Part shown: in pieces, positions 1 through 6,426 of the stretch | How positions within the stretch are numbered: the stretch's first letter is position 1 | Layout: every line of letters starts with the position of its first letter | Virus record (IMG/VR): IMGVR_UViG_3300045988_092413 | Coordinates: 1 to 34,424 of that record | DNA: 34,424 nt | Direction: 5' to 3' (one strand) | Source: a virus | The notes under the pieces: generated by a model | The model's input: the letters and a program-made list of their open reading frames with translations, nothing else | Told to the model about the DNA's origin: nothing | Databases searched by the model: none | Position numbers and translations under genes: made by a program

Positions 1-119
1 ATTTTTTTTTGCGCGTTTTGATGCGCGCCCGCGCGCTTGGTCGGGTACCAGTTTTCCTTTTCCTGCGCAAAAAAATCCGCCTTTAGGCGGACATTGCGAA
101 GGAACCAGGCGTACATCTC
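1..119. repeat. Terminal direct repeat, identical to 34306-34424 (circular-assembly overlap or terminal redundancy)
   Basis: Base-by-base comparison: atttttttttgcgcgttttgatgcgcgcc...caggcgtacatctc is present at both ends. Confidence 0.95.
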
Positions 120-1619
120 ATCGTGCCACCAGTAGACATTTCCATCCAGCAGCTCCTCCTTATATGCCTTCATCGGCGCGTTAAACGTCATGGGTCCTTG
201 CCTCACTTCGCGGCAGATAAAGCCGTCTGCCGTCAGCGCTTTGACCAGCTCCGGAGCGTTATACGGATCGTAGCCGATGGCGCGAAGGTCGTACAGCGCT
301 CGCTGCTCCTTAAACCAGTCGCGCATCGCCTCATACTTGACGTAGTGGCCGGGCACGATGGTCAGCCAGCCGCGATCCACAAAATGCTGCCAGTCCTTCG
401 TTTCGCGTCCGTTGCCGCGCTTGATCTTATCCTCCGGCATCCAGCTATGCTGCTTGATGCCAGTGCGGTGATCCGGCAGGCCGATCACGACAGCCGAGCT
501 AGTAACATCCTCGCTCTTGGAGAGGTCAAACCCTCCCCAAGCCGGGCACAGCAGCGGCACATCCGCCTCGCCGATGTCGTTGCGCCGGATCGTGTCCAAC
601 GAGACAAAGACGGATTCAGGCGGCTGAGTAAAGACGTTAAGCTGCTTGGTGACAAAGTCGGCCAGCTCGGTCGGCGAGCGCTTCGCGCGCTCATAGTCGA
701 GCACCATGTCCTCTAGGTCGAGCAGCACGCCCATCGCCGGGTTGGCCATGATCCACGTCTCTGGATCGTGGTAGTCAAGCCCAGCGTCGATCTCGTAGAT
801 GATCGGCAGATAACTGTCGATGGCTCTTTCATCCAGTTCCGGATCGCGGTCAAGCACCTTTTTAGCGTACAAATAGTGGTACATGGCCGGGCCGTCGAGC
901 ACCGTGCCCGCGGTCATCGTATACCAGAGCAGCGGCTGGCGGCGTTTTTTCATGGGGCGAAGGATTTGGTTTATCTGATCAAAGCTGACCTCCGCCTCCA
1001 TCTCATCCTTGACCACAAAATAGGGCCGCAGGCCGTCAAGGCTCGCCGGGTCGTTGGTCAGGTAGGTCACGCGCGTAAAATCCGGCTCGTAGATGCTTTC
1101 ACTGCGCCGCAGCTTGATCTGTCGGCGCAGCACAGGACTCATCAGCATCTGGCCGTAAAAATCCATATATCCGCGCTTGGCCTGCTTGCCGTTGTTCGCG
1201 CAAAAATAATTTTCCGCGCCCGTCTCTCCGCCCTTGGTGGACATGTAGCCCATTTTGCCCGACATGCGCGCAGTCTTGCCGTTGCCGCGGCCGACCATCT
1301 CCAGCACCTCGCGGTATCGCCGCGCGTCCTTTTTTTCATCAATCCAGCCAAAAGCCTGACAATCAACAAACTCCTGCCACGGCATAAACCGAAATTTTTC
1401 GTAGTTTCCGGCCGTCGGTCGAAGAAACTCTTCGCAAAATCGCACCGGCCGCCGCGCCAAGTCCGGGTCGTAGCGGTAGCGCCAGCCCCCTTTCTCTGCG
1501 CGGCGCAGGTCGTCGATAAAATGCCGCGCCTGTTGGTGGATCGTCACCGGCGCGCGGATGCGATCCTCAAGCACATCCACGGCATACTTTCCCGCTGGGC
1601 TGCGCATTGCCTGCGTCAT
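1..1619 (-). CDS. terL: Terminase large subunit, 5' portion; the ORF leaves the window at base 1 and continues at 34424 down to 34200
   Basis: Hand translation from ATG at 1619: MTQAMRSPAGKYAVDVLEDRI... Walker A-like VGRGNGKT, Walker B-like YFVVKDEME, nuclease-domain motifs GGFDLS, GYDPYN. The last residues (MYAWFLRNVRLKADFF...) are the same sequence as ORF 34200..34421. Not in the ORF track because it is open at the window edge. Confidence 0.9.
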   Translation of the reverse strand, partial: MTQAMRSPAGKYAVDVLEDRIRAPVTIHQQARHFIDDLRRAEKGGWRYRYDPDLARRPVRFCEEFLRPTAGNYEKFRFMPWQEFVDCQAFGWIDEKKDARRYREVLEMVGRGNGKTARMSGKMGYMSTKGGETGAENYFCANNGKQAKRGYMDFYGQMLMSPVLRRQIKLRRSESIYEPDFTRVTYLTNDPASLDGLRPYFVVKDEMEAEVSFDQINQILRPMKKRRQPLLWYTMTAGTVLDGPAMYHYLYAKKVLDRDPELDERAIDSYLPIIYEIDAGLDYHDPETWIMANPAMGVLLDLEDMVLDYERAKRSPTELADFVTKQLNVFTQPPESVFVSLDTIRRNDIGEADVPLLCPAWGGFDLSKSEDVTSSAVVIGLPDHRTGIKQHSWMPEDKIKRGNGRETKDWQHFVDRGWLTIVPGHYVKYEAMRDWFKEQRALYDLRAIGYDPYNAPELVKALTADGFICREVRQGPMTFNAPMKAYKEELLDGNVYWWHDEMYAWFLRNVRLKADFFAQEKENWYPTKRAGAHQNAQKK

Positions 1620-1624
1620 CACGC

Positions 1625-2044
1625 TCACAGGCCATCGCCTCCGCTATCATCCGGGGGCGGATCGTCGCCGTCAAAGCCCTCCCATGCCTTGTCCAGCTCG
1701 TCCGTCTCTTCTTCTTCGTCTTCCTTCGCCGGGCGGCCGCGCGGGCGCTGCGGCAAGAGCAGCAGATCGTCGAGGTTTTTGCGCATCTCGCTCTCACACA
1801 TCGCGCGATTTTTGATGAGGCCGCGCAGCTTGGTCGGCGTTTTTTCTTCCGCGCCACCCCTGACCACGTCCGCGATCATCCGCGCGATGTCCGCGGCCTC
1901 CTGCATCCACTGCACCGCGCTTTTGAGCACCGCAGCCGTCGCGGCGTTCCACTGTCCACGATCCTCAAGCATCGCTTTCCCCTCGGCGTACAATTTCTGC
2001 GCGCCTTTGTCGCTGATGCCGTACAAATCCGGGTCTTTTTTCAT
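1625..2044 (-). CDS. Putative terminase small subunit
   Basis: 139 aa, immediately upstream of terL (stop 1625-1627, terL ATG 1619). RBS GGGAGGTG 7 nt before the ATG. Helical N-terminus and acidic C-terminal tail. Called mainly by position and size. Confidence 0.6.
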   Translation of the reverse strand: MKKDPDLYGISDKGAQKLYAEGKAMLEDRGQWNAATAAVLKSAVQWMQEAADIARMIADVVRGGAEEKTPTKLRGLIKNRAMCESEMRKNLDDLLLLPQRPRGRPAKEDEEEETDELDKAWEGFDGDDPPPDDSGGDGL

Positions 2045-2063
2045 GGCTCATCACCTCCCATTG

Positions 2064-2426
2064 TTACTCCACCGTAATCTTGGCCACCCTCACGCCTGCC
2101 TGCTCGGCCAGCGTCGGCGTGTCGTCCTTCATGCCGCCGTGCCGCTCCGGGTGCATCCGCTCGTGGCAGGCGTCGCACAGGCTCATCAGGTTATCAAGCT
2201 CAAGCGCCTTTTCCGGCGCGACTTTGAGCGGCACGATGTGATGCACCATCGTCGCCCGCACCGGGTGAGGTCGTCCGGCGTAGTCCATCTCATATCGCCC
2301 CTCTTTGGCGCACAACTGACACTCGCCCATGTCCCGATCAAGCGCCTGCTTTCGCGCCGCGCGCCACGCCACCGTGCTGTAAAATGGATCTGTCTCTTTG
2401 ATCGGTTTTGTTTTATCCATCCACAT
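2064..2426 (-). CDS. HNH endonuclease (packaging-associated)
   Basis: HHIVPLKVAPEKALELDNLMSLCDACHERMH plus an upstream CQLC give an HNH zinc-finger signature. Start moved to ATG 2426 (RBS GGGAGGA). The longer track ORF from 2510 would translate a terminator hairpin. Confidence 0.8.
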   Translation of the reverse strand: MWMDKTKPIKETDPFYSTVAWRAARKQALDRDMGECQLCAKEGRYEMDYAGRPHPVRATMVHHIVPLKVAPEKALELDNLMSLCDACHERMHPERHGGMKDDTPTLAEQAGVRVAKITVE

Positions 2427-2451
2427 CCGGCAGCGTCCTCCCGAAAAGAAA

Positions 2452-2487
2452 AACCGCAGGCGCGGCGTTTTCGCCGGTCTTGCGGTT
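2452..2487 (-). terminator. Intrinsic terminator-like hairpin (bidirectional), 25 nt upstream of the HNH start
   Basis: aaccgca...tgcggtt outer stem with ggcg-tttt-cgcc inner stem. On the minus strand it is followed by TTTTTCTTTTC, on the plus strand by CCTTTTTTT. Confidence 0.6.
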
Positions 2488-2520
2488 CCTTTTTTTGTTG
2501 AGTGTATCATACTGCATAGG

Positions 2521-2612
2521 CAAGAGGGTGTACAAGGGGTAAATGGGGGTATATAGGGGTATTTGCGGGTATAAGAGGGTATGGAGGGGTGTCAACGGGT
2601 ATTTAGGGGTAC
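2521..2612. repeat. Array of nine 10-bp phased RGGGGTA repeats (candidate cos/TerS recognition or late-activator binding array)
   Basis: GGGT ends at 2529, 2540, 2550, 2560, 2570, 2580, 2590, 2600 and 2610. The register is visible directly in the 10-base blocks. Confidence 0.85.
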
Positions 2613-3082
2613 CAGCAGTTATCACGATCTCTGCTTTCCCTCATCAGATGCGCATACGTTTCATTTTTGTCCAGCCCGCTGGTCGTCTCGGCCAGCAGCT
2701 CGCGCCCGCGTCTGTATAGCGCCTTTGCGGTGTCTGTGCTGGTCAGACGCAGCTCACCCATCATCTGCCGCATTGTCTGCCCCTCCACCAGCCGCCCGTA
2801 CAGCATCCGCGCCGCCAGCGGGTCGCTGAGCCGCCCGCACAGTATGGCTGCCTCGATCACCTCAAAGCTGTGCGCCGTCTCCCTCGCTTTCGCGCAACGC
2901 TCCATGGCATCGATCTGCGCAAGTATCTCGCCCATCTTATCGCCATCCCCGCCATGTCCCTGGGCGTCCGTGCTGCGGGTGCAGCGGGTCAGCGCATCGC
3001 GCGCAAAGTATATCCGCGCATTAAGCTGCTCCATCTCCTGCGCGTATGTCTGGCAGCGCCGCAGCACGTCAAGCCCAGTCAT
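2603..3082 (-). CDS. Putative late-gene transcriptional regulator with sigma-70 region-4-like C-terminal HTH
   Basis: 159 aa. C-terminal LYGRLVEGQTMRQMMGELRLTSTDTAKALYRRGRELL resembles an ECF-sigma region 4 HTH. It is the last gene before the packaging operon. Confidence 0.5.
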   Translation of the reverse strand: MTGLDVLRRCQTYAQEMEQLNARIYFARDALTRCTRSTDAQGHGGDGDKMGEILAQIDAMERCAKARETAHSFEVIEAAILCGRLSDPLAARMLYGRLVEGQTMRQMMGELRLTSTDTAKALYRRGRELLAETTSGLDKNETYAHLMRESRDRDNCWYP

Positions 3083-3085
3083 CGG

Positions 3086-3526
3086 TCAATCCTCCCCTTT
3101 ATCTGTCCACGGGTTTCTCGCCATTTCCTCTGTCGTCGGTTCCTCGCGCCACAAGCGCCACTCGATCTCATAGCTGTCCATCGCATTTGCTTGACACATA
3201 CTAATTATACGGTTAGATGTAAGGTACACTCTGGGCATCATGCTCGGTTTAATCCGGCATTCCAGCCAAAGCGGAATGCATAGACGTGTAAGACCAACAG
3301 CCAAGTGTACCTCGTCCAGCGTCAGCGGCCTACCGAGGCGCTCCGGCACACCTCTCGCCGCCCTCTCCGCGCTTGCTTTTGCATCTTCTGCCGTGTCGGC
3401 CTTTCCGCCATATGGTGCGCACACGCCGCACTTGCAGACGTACTGTCCCCAGTGGCGGTCTTGCTCGTCATACGCCCAGTAGCTCATCTCGCGGCCGCAC
3501 CAGCGGCAAAAGATTTTGTTTTTCAC
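3086..3526 (-). CDS. Hypothetical protein with N-terminal 4-Cys zinc ribbon (Lar-like)
   Basis: GTG start at 3526 preceded by AGGAGGG. CRWCG...CKCGVC motif. The track ORF from 3619 overlaps the upstream gene and lacks an RBS. Confidence 0.55.
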   Translation of the reverse strand: MKNKIFCRWCGREMSYWAYDEQDRHWGQYVCKCGVCAPYGGKADTAEDAKASAERAARGVPERLGRPLTLDEVHLAVGLTRLCIPLWLECRIKPSMMPRVYLTSNRIISMCQANAMDSYEIEWRLWREEPTTEEMARNPWTDKGED

Positions 3527-3537
3527 GCTTATCCCTC

Positions 3538-4140
3538 CTAGATTTTTGTTGCCTCCGTCATGTTTCCCACGCCCTCCATGGCGATGTCCCGATACACGCA
3601 GCCGCTTGTCGTCTCCCACGTTTTCGGCGCGGCCTCGACGCTCAGCGCCTTAAAGAGCTTGCAGCGTTTGCACTCGCCGCCCTGCTTAAAGCACAGTTTG
3701 CACTCGCTCTCCATCGCCGCCTCCATAATGGTGATAAAATTGGCCGTATCGACGATCATGCGGTCGCCGCCGCAGTCGCTGGCCTTGGGCAGGTTGATGT
3801 CAACCCGCCCGTGCTTGGCCAGCATGTCCACGCGCGCCAACTGATCGCCGGGCATCGTGACAAAGATCGCGTCCATCGCGCGCGCCATAAAGCCGACCGC
3901 GCTGCGCCACTTGTTCCACGCGCCGGGGATGAGCTTCAGGCGCTTTTCCAGCAGCTTTCCGCTGCGGTTGCGCGCCGTCATGTACATCAAGTAGACGAGG
4001 ATGATGATGCTCATCTCATCGCCGGTCGCCTTGACCGGCTCGCCCTCGTAGTCATAGCTCGGCACACCGTCCAGCCCGTGATACTCCAGCTCTTTTCGTG
4101 CCGTCTGGCCGCCACGCGGCCCATATCCGCGATTTTTCAT
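3538..4140 (-). CDS. Hypothetical protein with C-terminal Cys cluster
   Basis: ATG 4140 overlaps the upstream stop (ATGA). RBS GAGGGGAG. C-terminal ECKLCFKQGGECKRCK. Confidence 0.55.
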   Translation of the reverse strand: MKNRGYGPRGGQTARKELEYHGLDGVPSYDYEGEPVKATGDEMSIIILVYLMYMTARNRSGKLLEKRLKLIPGAWNKWRSAVGFMARAMDAIFVTMPGDQLARVDMLAKHGRVDINLPKASDCGGDRMIVDTANFITIMEAAMESECKLCFKQGGECKRCKLFKALSVEAAPKTWETTSGCVYRDIAMEGVGNMTEATKI

Positions 4141-4583
4141 ACGTTTTTCGCTCCCCTCTCCTGTCGTATACGCCGCAGCGCGCCGCGCTGCATCCATGCC
4201 TCGATCATGTCCATCACGCGGTCAAAGGCCGCGGCCTCCACGTCGCCCATCGCCCGGCAGCCGGTCGCCTCTCGGACGCTCTTGCGGATTTCCGCGGCGA
4301 TGGTCTTTTCCGCGCCAGTCAGCCCATTTTGCGCGGCCAGATCGGCAGCGCGCGCGCGGATCGCGGCATTGATGGCGCTCTCCTGCCCGCGGCTAACGCG
4401 CATGGAGGACAGCGCGCGGTTAAGTCGCTCGATCTCTTGGCTCTGCATCAGGATCGCCGCGCGGATTTCCGCCAGCATGGCGTTTTGCTGGCGGATCGTC
4501 TCGCTCATCTCCACCATGGCGGCGTCTCGCTTATCGAGCGCCTGCCCCTGCTCCGGGGGCAGCTTGATGATCTCTGCGCCCAT
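4137..4583 (-). CDS. Hypothetical protein, possibly ORF6C-like (antirepressor C-terminal-type domain)
   Basis: 148 aa, coiled-coil N-terminus. The family resemblance is weak and judged by eye only. Confidence 0.5.
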   Translation of the reverse strand: MGAEIIKLPPEQGQALDKRDAAMVEMSETIRQQNAMLAEIRAAILMQSQEIERLNRALSSMRVSRGQESAINAAIRARAADLAAQNGLTGAEKTIAAEIRKSVREATGCRAMGDVEAAAFDRVMDMIEAWMQRGALRRIRQERGAKNV

Positions 4584-4588
4584 CTCCG

Positions 4589-5560
4589 TCAGCCCCCAAT
4601 CGCGTCGAGGATCGCCTGCGACATCGTCCGCAGCGTGACCGCGTGGCTCATCAGCATCTGGCGCGTCCCGTCATCCATCTGCACCGCGCCCAGCGCCGCG
4701 ACGCTCCCGCCAGCCGAGGCGATCATCGCACCGATGGCAGCGTTGATCGTGCTGATCGGATCAACCGCCTGACCGCCGCCGCGCATCGTGCTGACGTTGG
4801 CTCGCATATCTGCCGCGTCCAGCTCGTCCTCAAGCTGCTCGATGCGCCGCTCATAGGCCGCCCGCTCACTGTCCGCCAGCGTCGTGTTGTTTTCGGCGGC
4901 TTGTAGCTGGTCTTTCAGCTTTTCGACCTCCGCAGTAAGCGCTTTCACCTTGGTGTCGTCTCCTGCATCTAACTTGTCCTGACTTTTCAGTGCACCAATT
5001 TCAGCCGTCTTTTGCAGGATAGTCTTCTGCGCCCAGGCTCTGTATCTATCATGGTCTTTTTGCAGTTTGTCTCTCGATTTGTCCTTTTCCCGGGCTTCGC
5101 CGCGCAGGCGCTCAACCTCCTTAGTCTTTTCCGCGGCCTTGTCGATCAGCGCGTTGCGCTCCTTTTTAACCTCGGCCAGCTCGCGGCGGTACTGCGCGAC
5201 AGCCTCCGTTACCTCGCGGCTCGTCGCGTTCTCCGCGTCGATGCGCGCGGCGAAGGCTTCGCGTTCTTCCGCTGGGATGCGGATCAGCGCGTTGATCTTG
5301 CTGTCGTCCAGCTCCAGCAGCGGGCTGTCCTGCGCCAGCTCTCGCGCCTGCCGCATCGCAAGCTGTACGCCGCGCTCGTTCAGCCCGCTGTGCGTGGTCG
5401 CCCACGCCGTCCACTCGCCATGGGGCACAACGCCCTCATCCTTGGCCTGGTTGAGCAGGTTGCCGATCTGCCACATAGACAGAGCGATGTTTTTTTTGCA
5501 TTGCTCAAGATTCGTTTCGATGTACGCCCGACGGACGTTCACACTGATCTCTGTGCTCAT
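4589..5560 (-). CDS. DUF3102-like protein with long coiled-coil
   Basis: N-terminal IGNLLNQAKDEGVVPHGEWTAWA matches the PHGEW..W signature of DUF3102. The central region is rich in E/K/R heptads. RBS AAAGGAGAA. Confidence 0.65.
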   Translation of the reverse strand: MSTEISVNVRRAYIETNLEQCKKNIALSMWQIGNLLNQAKDEGVVPHGEWTAWATTHSGLNERGVQLAMRQARELAQDSPLLELDDSKINALIRIPAEEREAFAARIDAENATSREVTEAVAQYRRELAEVKKERNALIDKAAEKTKEVERLRGEAREKDKSRDKLQKDHDRYRAWAQKTILQKTAEIGALKSQDKLDAGDDTKVKALTAEVEKLKDQLQAAENNTTLADSERAAYERRIEQLEDELDAADMRANVSTMRGGGQAVDPISTINAAIGAMIASAGGSVAALGAVQMDDGTRQMLMSHAVTLRTMSQAILDAIGG

Positions 5561-5573
5561 TTTTTTCTCCTTT

Positions 5574-6410
5574 TTACAATGTTTTCAATCTTGCCTGTTT
5601 GCGGAAGCAAGCGGGAATTCGTTCCGCGTCGCAGACCACCGTATTGTCGCAGACCACCGTATTGTCGCAGACCACCGTATTGCCGCAGACCACCGTATTG
5701 CCGCAGACCACCGTATTGCCGCAGACCACAGCATTGCCGCAGACCACAGCATTGCCGCAGACCCGCGTATTGCCGCAGACCACCGTATTGCCGCAGCCCC
5801 ACGCATCGCCGTAGGCCCACGCACTGTTGTAGACCACCGCATCGCCGTAGACCTGCGCACTGTTGTAGACCACCGCATCGCCGTAGACCTGCGCATTGCC
5901 GTAGACCCACGCATTGCTGGAAACCAACGCATTGCCGTAGACCCGCGCATTGCCGTAGACCTGCGCCTTGTCGTAGACCCGCGCCTTGCCGTAGACCTGC
6001 GCATTGCCGTAGACCTGCGCCTTGTCGTAGACCCGCGCATTGCCGTAGACCTGCGCATTGCCGTAGACCTGCGCCTTGTCGTAGACCCGCGCCTTGCCGT
6101 AGACCTGCGCATTGCCGCAAACCCGCGCATTGCCGTAAACCCGCGCATTGTCGGAAACCCGCGCATTGTCGGAAACCTGCGCATTGTCGGAAACCTGCGC
6201 ATCGCCGTAGACCCACGCATCGCCGTAGACCCACGCATTGCTGGAAACCCACGCATTGCCGTCATGGCTGAGATTTTTGTCTTTTTCAATCCATCCGCCA
6301 AGGTCGCCTTTTTTGACGCAGTGCGTCGGGATGTCTACCAGTGCCCGGATGCGGCGGAGCGTATACCCACACCACACTTTGTTTTCCCCTGTAAACTCAA
6401 ATTTTTTCAC
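5574..6410 (-). CDS. Hexapeptide-repeat (left-handed beta-helix type) protein, 35 uninterrupted repeats
   Basis: GTG start 6410 with RBS GGAGGGA. 51-aa N-terminal domain, then NAxVYG-type hexapeptides x35, ending in a CGNTVV/CDNTVV run. The repeats keep all other frames open, which explains four overlapping track ORFs. Confidence 0.8.
   Translation of the reverse strand: MKKFEFTGENKVWCGYTLRRIRALVDIPTHCVKKGDLGGWIEKDKNLSHDGNAWVSSNAWVYGDAWVYGDAQVSDNAQVSDNARVSDNARVYGNARVCGNAQVYGKARVYDKAQVYGNAQVYGNARVYDKAQVYGNAQVYGKARVYDKAQVYGNARVYGNALVSSNAWVYGNAQVYGDAVVYNSAQVYGDAVVYNSAWAYGDAWGCGNTVVCGNTRVCGNAVVCGNAVVCGNTVVCGNTVVCGNTVVCDNTVVCDNTVVCDAERIPACFRKQARLKTL
5628..6257. repeat. 18-bp coding tandem repeat (x35) with 54-bp higher-order units
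   Basis: Examples: gaccaccgtattgccgca x3, gaccacagcattgccgca x2, and a recurring gcattgccgtagacctgcgccttgtcgtagacccgc block. Confidence 0.9.
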
Positions 6411-6426
6411 CCGTTATCCCTCCATC

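Noticed and set aside
768-2501. 577-aa plus-strand ORF (and 123..716)
   Set aside because: It is antisense to terL, terS and HNH, which have clear family motifs and RBSs on the minus strand. The translation is Arg/Ala/His-rich low-complexity sequence typical of antisense frames in GC-rich DNA.
2427-2510. Longer HNH start at 2510
   Set aside because: It would translate the terminator hairpin as a basic low-complexity peptide and has no RBS. ATG 2426 has GGGAGGA upstream.
2413-2625. 70-aa minus-strand ORF rich in Pro/Tyr/Leu/Thr
   Set aside because: It is a by-product of translating the phased GGGGTA repeat array and the terminator. It has no RBS.
5628-6257. Possible CRISPR array
   Set aside because: The repeats are contiguous 18-mers with no spacers, lie in frame inside a coding sequence, and there are no cas genes in the window.
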